The translations under genes were made by a program, and so were the position numbers. The notes below the pieces were generated by a model, which ran no database searches, was not told the DNA's origin, and was given only the letters and a program-made list of their open reading frames with translations. Shown here piece by piece: positions 20,459-32,574 of a DNA stretch of 64,000 nucleotides. The stretch is from the sequence record MT129652.1; one strand, written 5' to 3'. The stretch's first letter is position 1. Each line of letters opens with the position of its first letter. Source of the DNA: Escherichia phage MN01.

Positions 20459-21739
20459 TTACGCCTCATAAATGATTGGCGGAAGTTTAACACCGAGCAG
20501 ATAAGACATATTGCTCTGACCGGCCATTAAATCCATATTGGTTGCATCGATAATACGAGCTTCTTTATCGTCTTTGGCAACGGTGTACGGGTTAGCTGAA
20601 AGTGCGTAACGAACCATCAGAGATATAGATGGCTGCAAGCTGTCTGGGTCCACAATGACCTTAAACGCGCCGACGTGCTCTTCATCATCCAAGTCCAGGC
20701 CTTCGGTATAAGGAGCATAGAAAATTGAGCCTACGACTTCGTTCCCGCCGTAATTTTCTTTAACACCAACGGTTACATAATCCAATGGACTGTTAACATC
20801 ACAGAATACAGGGAGGCCGTTAATCAAATAACCGTACGCTGTTTCGGGGAGCCATTGCTCATCTTCTGGTCTGTGTTTCAACCAACCAGAACCGGCCAAC
20901 ATAGCAGCAACACGGCTAGAGGCAACAACAAAGGTACCGGAATAAGATGTAGTTTTCTGAATTTCGGAGTTCATTTCGCAAACCAGTTCGTACAGTTTAC
21001 GTGCACCTTCCGGGGCTGCATCATATGTTAAATCGATGGTGCCATTGTCGGAAACGCCAGTTACTTTATAACGCTTGGAAACGGTAATAAGAGACTGAAG
21101 AACATCTTTGTTAATTTCATCTGCCATAATAGTGGCAAGCAGGTCTTCCAAGAAAGCAGGAGCGTTAAAACCATTTGCTTCCATATCCTGAGCAAGTTCA
21201 ACAGTTAATGCAGTTTTCAATTTACGTGTTTTAACCGGAGCATTCCATTTGTTAACCTGGAATACAGCATTGCTAATTTCAACATCACCAGCTTCGAATT
21301 TCTCGGTGTGTGCCGCATCAGGAACAAGGCGAATGGTCGATGCAATAAGACCTTCTTGCAGAACATCAGATAACACGGTTTCTGTGGTCGATGCAAATGG
21401 ATTATCAACCAGGGCTTTGTAAACGATATTTTGGTATTTTACATATTCGCCTTTAGCCACGGGCTGAGTGGCTGTAGCTAATTCTGGAATAGTTGTACGG
21501 TCTTTAGAACCGACTTCACCTCCATAAGTAGCGCCAGTCTGGAAACTGAATTCATTATCAGGAGTAAGATATTTAACACCGTACAGTGCAGCAACAGGCT
21601 GGGTAGTACGTTGTTCAGCGATGATATCGCGGTAAATCAATTTAGTCGTAGCGCGGGTCAAAGCAACAAGATTCGGGCGGCCCAAGGAGTTGCTGGTAGT
21701 AATAGTTGACTCGCGCAGTAATTTGTTAATCTTTGCCAT
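20459..21739 (-). CDS. 24: head vertex protein gp24 paralog (copy B)
   Basis: 426 aa; clearly alignable with copy A along its full length; stop abuts copy A start (TAAATG). Confidence 0.8.
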   Translation of the reverse strand: MAKINKLLRESTITTSNSLGRPNLVALTRATTKLIYRDIIAEQRTTQPVAALYGVKYLTPDNEFSFQTGATYGGEVGSKDRTTIPELATATQPVAKGEYVKYQNIVYKALVDNPFASTTETVLSDVLQEGLIASTIRLVPDAAHTEKFEAGDVEISNAVFQVNKWNAPVKTRKLKTALTVELAQDMEANGFNAPAFLEDLLATIMADEINKDVLQSLITVSKRYKVTGVSDNGTIDLTYDAAPEGARKLYELVCEMNSEIQKTTSYSGTFVVASSRVAAMLAGSGWLKHRPEDEQWLPETAYGYLINGLPVFCDVNSPLDYVTVGVKENYGGNEVVGSIFYAPYTEGLDLDDEEHVGAFKVIVDPDSLQPSISLMVRYALSANPYTVAKDDKEARIIDATNMDLMAGQSNMSYLLGVKLPPIIYEA

Positions 21740-21765
21740 TTGCGCTTTCCTTTTGTGATATACTT

Positions 21766-21773
21766 TATTTATA
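21766..21773 (-). promoter_or_regulatory. late promoter (TATAAATA on minus strand) for gene 24 copy B
   Basis: Plus-strand TATTTATA about 27 nt upstream of the start. Confidence 0.6.
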
Positions 21774-21779
21774 AAAGTT

Positions 21780-21826
21780 GTTTACAACCAGATTAAGATA
21801 AGACATAATGATTCCATACTGAGTTA
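21780..21826 (+). promoter_or_regulatory. early promoter plus conserved leader cassette
   Basis: GTTTAC -35, 18 nt spacer, CATAAT -10, then GATTCCATACTGAGTTA leader also found at 59998, 60885 and 61413. Confidence 0.6.
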
Positions 21827-21848
21827 ACAAACAAACCTGGAGTTTAAA

Positions 21849-22130
21849 ATGAACAAATCAACTTTCCTTCTGAACACCTTTAAAAAATTGGAAATTGAAG
21901 TTATTGCATTGGTCAACAAATACCCAAATGGTGTTAATGGTAATGCTCTGAACAAACTAGTTAAAAAATATGAAAACTTAGCATATGACACTGATTTCTG
22001 GTGGAATGGTAATTATTCTACTCACACTAAAGATAAAAATGGTAACTGGTTGAAACTTCAAGAAAACAATGTTAACTTCAGAGACCTCATCAAGCGCCGG
22101 GTAGAAGTTCATTTAAATGGTATGGTATGA
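21849..22130 (+). CDS. hypothetical early protein in the 23/24 intergenic slot
   Basis: 93 aa ORF with own promoter cassette and RBS; no recognisable nuclease motifs. Confidence 0.5.
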   Translation: MNKSTFLLNTFKKLEIEVIALVNKYPNGVNGNALNKLVKKYENLAYDTDFWWNGNYSTHTKDKNGNWLKLQENNVNFRDLIKRRVEVHLNGMV

Positions 22131-22137
22131 AAACAAG

Positions 22138-22166
22138 AAAGGGACCTCAAGGGTCCCTTTTTATTT
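22138..22166. terminator. bidirectional terminator
   Basis: GGGACC-TCAA-GGGTCCC hairpin with A-run and T-run. Confidence 0.65.
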
Positions 22167-22180
22167 AACTTAATCTAGGA

Positions 22181-23740
22181 TTAAATTCCTTTAACATATA
22201 CGCGACGGAAGTAACCGTTCAAGCCGAGGCTGTTAACGATATCCGGCATGCCGTTCTGAATGCGCTTGGTCGGAGCCTGAGCAGCAGGGTCAGCAAACGG
22301 GTTGATACCAATACCGTAACGGGTTTTGAAGCCCATAACCGGCTGGAAGTTTTTCGGGTCAGAGCCACGCAGCGGGGTCAGTGCAACATATGGTGCGTAG
22401 TAGATACCAGCATCCATTTCGTTAGCGCCTTTGTAACCGATGGTGAAGTAGTCTGCACGAGCATACTGGTCGATATAGACACGGTATTTGCCACCCAGAA
22501 CACCAGCGAATACAGCTTTAGTGGTGTCAACGTTGAAACCTTTACCCAGACCCTGAGCAGCATAACTTACAGAAGTATCAACAGCAGCCAGTACGTTAAC
22601 TACGTTACGGGAAGCGATGATGAAGTTACCTGCGCCACGACCGGTCTGACGAGCGATTTCAGCGGCTTCTTTATCAATCTGGAACAGTAAAGCTTTGAAG
22701 CTTTCACCAGCCCAACGAGCACCACGGATATCAATCGGGTCCTGGAAGTCAAACACACCAGCTTTAGCGCCAACGGTGTTGGTCATACCAGATTTACCAA
22801 CCTGTGCGGAGTAGTTAATCCAATCGATAACTTCGCGGTTGATTTCCAGCATAATTTCGGTAGCCAGAATACCACTCAATTCGGCATCAGCATCCATACC
22901 GTGAACAGCGCGGAGGTCCTGTGCCAGTTCGATAGAGTAGCTTGCTTTAAGCTGACGGGATTTAGCTTCGATAACTTGTTTGTCGATACGGAAGCCCATT
23001 TCGTTCCACGGGTTATCCTGGGAACCGTTAAAACCTTCTTGCAGTTCGGCGATGGAGGTAGCCATACCTTCAGCCAGTTCAGCCAGCTGACCAGCTTCCA
23101 ACAGAGCGGTAACAGCAGCATCCAGTTTAGCAGCATCGGTAGCAGCAGCATCAACAGTTACAGCTTCAACAGCCTGGAAGTGTGCGGAACCGGTTGCTTC
23201 GAAGAAGTGAGAATAAATTTTACCAACTTCCAGAACTTTACCTGCAGCCAGTGCTTCAAAAGTCTGAGCAGCGCCCTGACCAGAGAACATAGCGTTCGGA
23301 GCATACATCGGATGGAAAGCTTCTTTAGCACCAGCAGCGACAGGGTCTTTACCATAAACTGCACGCAGGGCAAATACCTGGCCAGTCGGGTTGTTCAGAG
23401 GCTGTACGCCACAAATATCAAACGCAATCAGATGCGGAATAGCACGACGAACCATACCCATAACTGCCGGCCCAATCTGAGTTACTGCACCAGAGGTCTG
23501 GCCAGCAGCGATATTGGTAGCATCATAACCATGGTCACCACCGATTTCAGCTTCGGTCAGGAAAGAACCAAATGCTTCGGAGATTTTTTCGTCACGGTAT
23601 TCAGGAGCGGTCAGAATATCTTGTTCCTGGTTTTCAAAGATTTTAGCGATGATAGCTTGTTTAGAAGCACCAACGATTTCAGGAAGAGCTTCGTTTTCCA
23701 ACAGAGCGGACCATTTTTGAACTAATGCATTCTTTTTCAT
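22181..23740 (-). CDS. 23: major capsid protein gp23
   Basis: 519 aa; near-identity to T4 gp23 over long stretches as recalled. Confidence 0.95.
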   Translation of the reverse strand: MKKNALVQKWSALLENEALPEIVGASKQAIIAKIFENQEQDILTAPEYRDEKISEAFGSFLTEAEIGGDHGYDATNIAAGQTSGAVTQIGPAVMGMVRRAIPHLIAFDICGVQPLNNPTGQVFALRAVYGKDPVAAGAKEAFHPMYAPNAMFSGQGAAQTFEALAAGKVLEVGKIYSHFFEATGSAHFQAVEAVTVDAAATDAAKLDAAVTALLEAGQLAELAEGMATSIAELQEGFNGSQDNPWNEMGFRIDKQVIEAKSRQLKASYSIELAQDLRAVHGMDADAELSGILATEIMLEINREVIDWINYSAQVGKSGMTNTVGAKAGVFDFQDPIDIRGARWAGESFKALLFQIDKEAAEIARQTGRGAGNFIIASRNVVNVLAAVDTSVSYAAQGLGKGFNVDTTKAVFAGVLGGKYRVYIDQYARADYFTIGYKGANEMDAGIYYAPYVALTPLRGSDPKNFQPVMGFKTRYGIGINPFADPAAQAPTKRIQNGMPDIVNSLGLNGYFRRVYVKGI

Positions 23741-23761
23741 GTGTTGTATAACCTTATTAAA

Positions 23762-24580
23762 TTAAGAAATTCGTGATGCTGCGAGAGCAGACAAGTCCGC
23801 AAAGGACAGGGTAGGCTTGGTGCCTTTTTCTTCAACTGCTTCTGAAATGTAATTCAGTGCCGCAGCATCGTCTACATTTTTATTTATAGCGGCTTCGGTG
23901 ATTGGTTTGTCGGTGGCTTCTACCTGACCTTTAACCATTTCAACGATAGCGCCAATTTTGGTACCGAATGCATCAGAGTATTCCATGCCTTCTACCAGAG
24001 AACCAACTTTTTCTTTCTGAGATTCAGTCAGGTCTTTAGTTGCTTCAGTCAACGCAACTTCACGTTGGACATAATTGATATAAGCATCACGCTTAGAAAC
24101 TTCTTCGAACAGATTAGCGGTTTCTTCTTTCTGTTCAGCCAGTTCTTCCTGCATTTCTGCAACAACATCGACAGATTCTTCTGGAACAACAACGTTGTGC
24201 TCAACGAACAGTTCTTTCATGCCGGTGAACATGGATTCGAACAGGTCAGCTTTAATGCCACGGTCGACAGCCAGTTTATTTTCAGCAAGCCATTCTTTAG
24301 CAACGTGGTCCAGGAATTTAGCTGCAGATTCTTTCAGTTTTTTCTCTGCCTTTTCGTCGGCTTCTTCTTTATTCTTTTCGACTTCTTCTTCAGCTTTTTC
24401 AGCGATGGCGTGAATGTGAGATTCTGCCAGTTTGATGGCGTGTTGCTTGACGGTAGCTTCGAATACAGTGCCGAAGGTAGCTTTCGCTTCCGGGGACAAA
24501 TTAACTGATTCGAAAATACTATCGAGAGCAACGGAAGCATCGATATTCTGAGCTTCAGAAATGAGTTGTTCTTTAAGCAT
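23762..24580 (-). CDS. 22: prohead core scaffold protein gp22
   Basis: 272 aa, acidic coiled-coil-rich; T4 gp22 269 aa; synteny. Confidence 0.85.
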   Translation of the reverse strand: MLKEQLISEAQNIDASVALDSIFESVNLSPEAKATFGTVFEATVKQHAIKLAESHIHAIAEKAEEEVEKNKEEADEKAEKKLKESAAKFLDHVAKEWLAENKLAVDRGIKADLFESMFTGMKELFVEHNVVVPEESVDVVAEMQEELAEQKEETANLFEEVSKRDAYINYVQREVALTEATKDLTESQKEKVGSLVEGMEYSDAFGTKIGAIVEMVKGQVEATDKPITEAAINKNVDDAAALNYISEAVEEKGTKPTLSFADLSALAASRIS

Positions 24581-24608
24581 TTTGTAGTCCTGTTGTTAAG
24601 ATATACAT

Positions 24609-24616
24609 TTATTTAT
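24609..24616 (-). promoter_or_regulatory. late promoter for gene 22
   Basis: Plus-strand TATTTATA overlapping the gp21 stop. Confidence 0.55.
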
Positions 24617-25251
24617 AACGTCTTTAAAGCCTCTGCGAGAGCCATAAAGGCGTCATCGGCACTGGTATCGGCAACTGCCGTTTGTGATTCTGTAATCTGC
24701 TTTGGTTTGACCCAAGCGTCCGGAGCACTTGGCCCCCATACTGCATCTACTCCAACCGTCAATTTAAAACCTTCATTAACGATGCTATAACCTTTTGCTG
24801 ATTTAGTCAAGGAACCAAGTCCACGACTAGATACACCAGGAATCCAACCCGCTCTTATATTCGCAGCAAGTTTATCACCTGGGCCATGGTCGCCTTCGAT
24901 AATACGCGCGCGGCCATATACATCATTACCTTTCCACCACATTTCCTCGATAATAATTGCCGCCTGCATAGGGTCAACGTTTGCACGAGGTGGATGGTTT
25001 AATTCTCCAAGAGACTGCTTGGTTTCAACCTGTTCGGCGATATAGTCCGCAACGGCTTTTTCCAAAATATGTTTAGGATAAAGTCGTTTATTACGGTTAA
25101 CAACTTCAGCTTGTAGGAAAATACCTTCAATATAAAGTCCTGGCTTTAAACCGCTGCTGGAACCATCATGAGATTCCAACATCGGTACACCATCTTTAAT
25201 TTCGCCCGGTTGACCCCAGTGTTCGATTAGTAACTCTGGTTTCTGTTCCAT
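24613..25251 (-). CDS. 21: prohead core protease gp21
   Basis: 212 aa, same as T4 gp21; synteny. Confidence 0.85.
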   Translation of the reverse strand: MEQKPELLIEHWGQPGEIKDGVPMLESHDGSSSGLKPGLYIEGIFLQAEVVNRNKRLYPKHILEKAVADYIAEQVETKQSLGELNHPPRANVDPMQAAIIIEEMWWKGNDVYGRARIIEGDHGPGDKLAANIRAGWIPGVSSRGLGSLTKSAKGYSIVNEGFKLTVGVDAVWGPSAPDAWVKPKQITESQTAVADTSADDAFMALAEALKTL

Positions 25252-25679
25252 TAATCAAGTCCGAATGCTTTACGCTTAGCTCGAGCTTTTTTGCGCTTGC
25301 GCTCTGCTCTGATTTGCGTAGATGGGTTTGCTCTTTTCGTTTTAGTAGCCAGACGGGCAATTTGACGACGTTTAGCTTTAGAAAGACCAGTTGTTTGGAA
25401 AGCATTACGCTTACGAGTAGCTAGGTCTTTTGTGCGGGTTAACTCACCGCGAGACGATACATGTTTAACGATAAATTCGTTAAGCTGAACACCTTCATTC
25501 AGTGCGCCGATAACCGTTGCTTTTTCGTATTCACCGGCTGCAAACATGTTTTCTACAATAATATTTATATCGTCTTTTTCTAAGGCTTCAGATAATGAAT
25601 CAAATTGTCCCTGAGCTTCTTCGGAAACACTTTCGATGTTTTCAAGAGTTAATTCGTAATCATCAGGGATAATAAACAT
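25251..25679 (-). CDS. 68: prohead core protein gp68
   Basis: 142 aa (T4 gp68 141 aa); synteny. Confidence 0.75.
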   Translation of the reverse strand: MFIIPDDYELTLENIESVSEEAQGQFDSLSEALEKDDINIIVENMFAAGEYEKATVIGALNEGVQLNEFIVKHVSSRGELTRTKDLATRKRNAFQTTGLSKAKRRQIARLATKTKRANPSTQIRAERKRKKARAKRKAFGLD

Positions 25680-25927
25680 TATTCATCGTCCTCATCTTCA
25701 TCATCGTCGTCGCCTTCGTCAGCGTCATCAGATTCTTTTTTGTCTTTCTTTTCTTCTTTGCCTTCATCTTCTTCTTTAGGCTCTTCGCCTTCAATCATGA
25801 TGGAACGTGCAATTTCAATCTTACGTTCTTCAATCAAACTACCGCATACTGGGCCAATGTTTTCAGCAAAATATTTGCGAACGGCTACGAGGTCGTTTGA
25901 TTTAATGGCTTCAAATAAATCATCCAT
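25679..25927 (-). CDS. 67: prohead core protein gp67
   Basis: 82 aa with highly acidic C-terminus (T4 gp67 80 aa); synteny. Confidence 0.75.
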   Translation of the reverse strand: MDDLFEAIKSNDLVAVRKYFAENIGPVCGSLIEERKIEIARSIMIEGEEPKEEDEGKEEKKDKKESDDADEGDDDDEDEDDE

Positions 25928-27501
25928 TAGAAATCCTCTTCTTCTTCTTCAGGGTTTTGGAAACGAGCCTCTTTGGACTCCAATTCAATTTGCTTAGCTT
26001 CTTGATTAATTTCTTCATCAGACATCTGGAGGAAATCCTTCATAGCCGTTTGATGCGAAATATATTTACCGATAAACGGTTCAGCCATCGTTAGCATATT
26101 GATTCTGCGTTCCATGATTTCTGCGTCTTTCATTTCGGTGAAATAGCTATCACGGTTGAACGTAACTTTAATATTATTTAGTTCCTTTTCCCATTCCTCT
26201 TCTGAAATAATTTTTTTCAGGATAAGGTTGGTTTTAAGCGGGTCGAGGAAAACTTCTTCAAATTTATTCTGTAGCTGCCTAATCCATTTAGAGAAATTCA
26301 ATTCATCGCGAGTAATTGTCGCGCCCGCATCAAACATAACGCCACTGTTTTGGTCATTAGGGATACGAGATAATGGAATTCGGAGAGCCTGATACAGGTT
26401 GTTCTTAAACCAGCGAACATCGTCCATATCCGACATGCCTTGTGCACCCGGGAGAGTATCAACTTCGGTGACTGCTTTACCATCACGACGTTGCAACCAA
26501 TAGTCTTCTGTCATAGACATGTTGTGCTGTTGGTTTTTGATTTTACCCGTGGTTGCATCATATACGACACGGTTTTTCATCGTGTTCATAATATGTTGCA
26601 TATGCGCTGCTGCTTTACGAGACGGCATATTCCCGGTATCGATATAAAAGACTCGGCGGTCTGGTGCACGAGTTATACGATAAATGACTAAAGCATCTTC
26701 TAATAGTTTTAATTGGTTTGCAGGTTTAATTGCTCGTTGTAAGTATCCGATGATATTCTTGCCACAGCAATCGAGTAATCCAGAATGCGCATATACAATC
26801 GCCGCACGAGGAATTTTTATTTTAGTACCTGCTTCATATATACGACCATCGGCACAATAACTTTCATGGCCAGTATCGTATACAAAATATTCTCTGTAAC
26901 CATCGACAATTTTTGTACCATTTTCCATGCGTGTAACGATTTCACGGATGAACTGGATTTGTCTTGGGTCAAGGCGACGAAGTTCTTGAACTCCATCTTT
27001 AAGTTTTGCTGGGTTGATAATTTTGTGGAAGAAAATTCGAGAATCCACATACCAACGTTTAAAGTGGTCAGAACCTTTGCGCTCGAAATTAAGGAGGTTA
27101 TTAACTTCCGCGAATTCTTCGAGGATTCGGTCTTTAATTTTCTGACTAAATTCGGTAGCATCAAGGTTAAGAGCTACAACATCTTTACCGTCTTCAAAAA
27201 CGATAGCATCAGACACAATTTCTTGCACCGCGTTATCAACTTCATAATTATTTAGTAGGTTGCGGTAGGTGTCAATTAATTCCCTGGTATTTTTTACTTC
27301 AGGTTCATTGCTCCCGAACATCTGTTGCATCAATGCATTATACGGGACGTTTTGTTCTTGTGACTCAATTTCGCGAGCCCCATCGTCAAACTTCGGCCCG
27401 GTCATTGACTCTAAATTATTTTTTTCTTGTTGCTTATATTCTTGTTCATCTTCTTTAGCCCAAGGCTTAAGAAAATTTAGTATTGTGTTAAAACCTGCCA
27501 T
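25927..27501 (-). CDS. 20: portal vertex protein gp20
   Basis: 524 aa, same as T4 gp20; synteny. Confidence 0.9.
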   Translation of the reverse strand: MAGFNTILNFLKPWAKEDEQEYKQQEKNNLESMTGPKFDDGAREIESQEQNVPYNALMQQMFGSNEPEVKNTRELIDTYRNLLNNYEVDNAVQEIVSDAIVFEDGKDVVALNLDATEFSQKIKDRILEEFAEVNNLLNFERKGSDHFKRWYVDSRIFFHKIINPAKLKDGVQELRRLDPRQIQFIREIVTRMENGTKIVDGYREYFVYDTGHESYCADGRIYEAGTKIKIPRAAIVYAHSGLLDCCGKNIIGYLQRAIKPANQLKLLEDALVIYRITRAPDRRVFYIDTGNMPSRKAAAHMQHIMNTMKNRVVYDATTGKIKNQQHNMSMTEDYWLQRRDGKAVTEVDTLPGAQGMSDMDDVRWFKNNLYQALRIPLSRIPNDQNSGVMFDAGATITRDELNFSKWIRQLQNKFEEVFLDPLKTNLILKKIISEEEWEKELNNIKVTFNRDSYFTEMKDAEIMERRINMLTMAEPFIGKYISHQTAMKDFLQMSDEEINQEAKQIELESKEARFQNPEEEEEDF

Positions 27502-27549
27502 TAGAGTCTCCGAAGTTTGGGAAATGAGGCCGAAGCCTCATAATAACTT

Positions 27550-27557
27550 TATTTATA
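27550..27557 (-). promoter_or_regulatory. late promoter for gene 20
   Basis: Plus-strand TATTTATA about 50 nt upstream of the gp20 start. Confidence 0.55.
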
Positions 27558-27558
27558 C

Positions 27559-28050
27559 TTATTCCCACCAGTCAATTGCGAACGTTGCTTCGAACGTTTC
27601 AATTTCGTTGTTCGAATCCCAATCCATCTGGACTTCCCCAACGTTGGTTGGCCACATGCCGGTAATAACAACTTCTTTCGTAACGGTCTTGCCATCACGA
27701 TGGAACTGGCGGACAGTAGCAGTTTTCTTATAATCGGCAGGAGCTGCACCGGTGATTTCGTTAGTCATACCGTGACACAGATTTTGCCAATCAACAATTG
27801 CTTGACGAACTTTATGAGCATCGTCGTTATAAATCGTAATAGTCCAGTCATCAAATGTACGGTCGCCCGCAACGTTGATTTTACGGTTCATGTAACCGAC
27901 AGGAACTTTTTCTACAATGCCAGCAGGCATCGGGGCTGCTTTACAATGGAAAGCAAAGTTTTTACCCAGGAATGGGATTTCGACTTCGAACAGGTTAGGG
28001 CGAGCAAAGTCGCCGGATTCGAAAGCGCGTGTGATATCGGTCAACTCCAT
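27559..28050 (-). CDS. 19: tail tube protein gp19
   Basis: 163 aa from internal Met (MELTDITRAFESGDFARPNLF...), very close to T4 gp19 as recalled. Confidence 0.9.
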   Translation of the reverse strand: MELTDITRAFESGDFARPNLFEVEIPFLGKNFAFHCKAAPMPAGIVEKVPVGYMNRKINVAGDRTFDDWTITIYNDDAHKVRQAIVDWQNLCHGMTNEITGAAPADYKKTATVRQFHRDGKTVTKEVVITGMWPTNVGEVQMDWDSNNEIETFEATFAIDWWE

Positions 28051-28102
28051 TAAGGAATCCTCTTTATAGACACAGGTCGCGCGAACGCGTCCCTGATGCA
28101 TG

Positions 28103-28110
28103 TATTTATA
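28103..28110 (-). promoter_or_regulatory. late promoter for gene 19
   Basis: Plus-strand TATTTATA about 53 nt upstream of the chosen start. Confidence 0.6.
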
Positions 28111-28170
28111 CTAGGTAATATGATTCATCATCTCAAGATAATGGCTTCCCAGAATCAACCACAGGAGCCC

Positions 28171-28217
28171 GTAGAACCGATTATGCTTTTATTTATAACA
28201 CTGTATAATGGTTCTAC
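28171..28217 (+). promoter_or_regulatory. middle-promoter module flanked by an 8-bp inverted repeat, oriented antisense to gene 18
   Basis: GTAGAACC ... ATGCTTTTA (MotA-box-like) ... TATAAT at 28204-28209 ... GGTTCTAC; same TATAATGGTTCTA core as at 9650 and 18046. Confidence 0.5.
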
Positions 28218-28254
28218 GGTTTCTAACTGATTAATTCATTCTAAGCGATGATAA

Positions 28255-30234
28255 TTATTGTGGCCCAATCAGCTCATCAAAATCAGCACCAGTGCTAGTG
28301 GCTACGAAGTTAAGAGTGATGTAGTTGATGCTGCGCGCAGGTTTAAAATAAATGCTAGCAACAAACTCATTTCGGTCTATGACCGACGGGGTGTTGTTAG
28401 TAGTATCACAAACTACACGACCTTCATAAATGCCACCAAGTGCACGAATACCATCCAAGTATTGAGAAGTTTCCATACGGAATGATGCACGAGTGAAGTT
28501 ATCGTTAAGCTCAAACAGTTTATATTTGGATGCGTCACCGATATTTTTCTTCAGCATATTCGTAAGACGACGAACGTTAATATGGTCCATCGGAGACGGA
28601 ACTTTAGTTGCAGTCTTATCACCATACAGAACAAAACCATCACCACCTGCGAAACCAACAACCGGGTTGATAGCTTCTTGATACATGCGGTCACGTTGGG
28701 TCTGACGTGGTTCAACAGCCAATTTCAGAACGTTCAGAATCTGACCGCGGTTATAACCAGCCGGAGACATCCAAGGCTGAGAAACATCATCAGTACGAGC
28801 ACACAGACCAGCCATATCAGCTGCCAGAGGAACCCAACGGTTAACGTCGTTATATTTATCATACTGATATTTATAGTTACCATCAATCGCTGCATAAGTC
28901 GTGCTGATATTCATGTTATCAGTATCAAATGCGCCAGTACCTGTACGCCAGTCAATCAGGTTATCCACTGCACGGGTCAGAGGAACGTTAACCAACAGAC
29001 CTTTCGGCGGGGAAATAAATGCCAGACAATCCTGACGTTCGTCAGCAATAGAAACCACGTGTTTCTGAACAGTGGAAGCAGTTGCATCACCTTCACCAGC
29101 TACTGCACCAGCGATAAGCAGGTTAATATGTAGAGCTTCACGGTCAGCAAACAGGTCCCAACCTTGCATCAAATCACCAGCGGTAATCTTATCGTTTGCA
29201 GAAATACCACCAGACAGATTGATGATACCACTGAAGCCTGCAGGCCAGTTGCGAGATGTTGCATAGATGTAGTTGGAAGTACCTTTTGCAAAGTAGTCAT
29301 CCAGGTAAATGTTATTACCGTAAACATCTTTTTCGCCCTGTTTGGTAGACAAAACAACGTTTTCGACGATTGCACCATCGCGGCGAACGATAATTGCATA
29401 TTGGTTTTCAGACTGCGGACCATAGTTAAACACGGCACGAGCCACAGAAGCACGCGTTCCGCCACCTGGGAAAATATTCAGATTTGCAGCTGCGCCTTTT
29501 TCAAAGTCAGCTTTAGATACGATTTCAACTTCCAGAGTCGAACCGATTTCACCTGGATAAAGAGCAACAACACCTGGCATTGCATATTTTGCTAGTGATG
29601 CCTGGAATTCCAGAGAAGTAATTGCTTCTTCACTGTTTTCTGCTTCAGTCAACAGAATGCCAGAATCGGTAACAATTTTCCCAACGGTGATGGTACCAGA
29701 TACACCAGAAGAAGTGGTTGTAACTTCCGCAGTCCATGCACTACCTAAATTAGGATACTGGTTAATAGTTTTGGCAAATGCAATAATCTTATTTGTAGGA
29801 ATAAAGATTGCCTGAATTTTACCATCAACGTCGACCTTGGTCACACGGCCAGCCGGTTCAACAACAGTCTGGTTGTGTTTAACCTGAATAACATCACCGA
29901 CAGCATAGTTTGTACCAGCAGTTACGATGGTAGTTTCAATATTGCCAGCAATAGGGGATGCGTTTTTAGCTTCGTCACGGTTAACAACACGTACAGTACG
30001 GAGGTCATTACCATATTGCAGGAAGTTCATCCCACTCATAAAGTAATCTGCTGTTTCATTATTCGGACCACCAAACAAATCAACAAGTTCAACTTCGTTT
30101 GTAATTTGAGTTACCTGGAAAGCTGGGCCCCACTGGAATTTACCAACCAGCGCCGCACGACCCGTCGCGTTACGAACAACAGTGCTTTGTACCGTTGTTT
30201 CTTTGAGCTCAATGCCCGGGGATAATAAAGCCAT
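28255..30234 (-). CDS. 18: tail sheath protein gp18
   Basis: 659 aa, same as T4 gp18; synteny. Confidence 0.9.
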   Translation of the reverse strand: MALLSPGIELKETTVQSTVVRNATGRAALVGKFQWGPAFQVTQITNEVELVDLFGGPNNETADYFMSGMNFLQYGNDLRTVRVVNRDEAKNASPIAGNIETTIVTAGTNYAVGDVIQVKHNQTVVEPAGRVTKVDVDGKIQAIFIPTNKIIAFAKTINQYPNLGSAWTAEVTTTSSGVSGTITVGKIVTDSGILLTEAENSEEAITSLEFQASLAKYAMPGVVALYPGEIGSTLEVEIVSKADFEKGAAANLNIFPGGGTRASVARAVFNYGPQSENQYAIIVRRDGAIVENVVLSTKQGEKDVYGNNIYLDDYFAKGTSNYIYATSRNWPAGFSGIINLSGGISANDKITAGDLMQGWDLFADREALHINLLIAGAVAGEGDATASTVQKHVVSIADERQDCLAFISPPKGLLVNVPLTRAVDNLIDWRTGTGAFDTDNMNISTTYAAIDGNYKYQYDKYNDVNRWVPLAADMAGLCARTDDVSQPWMSPAGYNRGQILNVLKLAVEPRQTQRDRMYQEAINPVVGFAGGDGFVLYGDKTATKVPSPMDHINVRRLTNMLKKNIGDASKYKLFELNDNFTRASFRMETSQYLDGIRALGGIYEGRVVCDTTNNTPSVIDRNEFVASIYFKPARSINYITLNFVATSTGADFDELIGPQ

Positions 30235-30263
30235 TTTGAGTCCTCTAATAGTTTGCTTTACTT

Positions 30264-32570
<2,307 letters not shown>

Positions 32571-32574
<4 letters not shown>

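Noticed and set aside
21849-22130. Homing endonuclease (segD-like) in the 23/24 intergenic slot
   Set aside because: The ORF is only 93 aa and shows no GIY-YIG, HNH or LAGLIDADG motif.
22901-23725. 274 aa plus-strand ORF inside the major capsid gene 23
   Set aside because: Antisense shadow ORF within a highly conserved coding region; no promoter or RBS, low-complexity Ser/Phe-rich translation.
22181-27501. Self-splicing intron or intein in the head genes
   Set aside because: Genes 23, 22, 21 and 20 have near-T4 lengths with continuous reading frames; no insertion detected.
28051-28101. N-terminal extension of gene 19 (MHQGRVRATCVYKEDSL) offered by the ORF track
   Set aside because: The extension would include the TATTTATA late promoter; the internal Met at 28050 gives a product matching T4 gp19 from its first residues.
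28258-28485. 75 aa plus-strand ORF downstream of the antisense middle promoter at 28204
   Set aside because: Entirely antisense to the conserved gene 18 3' end with no RBS; more likely non-coding antisense transcript space, if transcribed at all.
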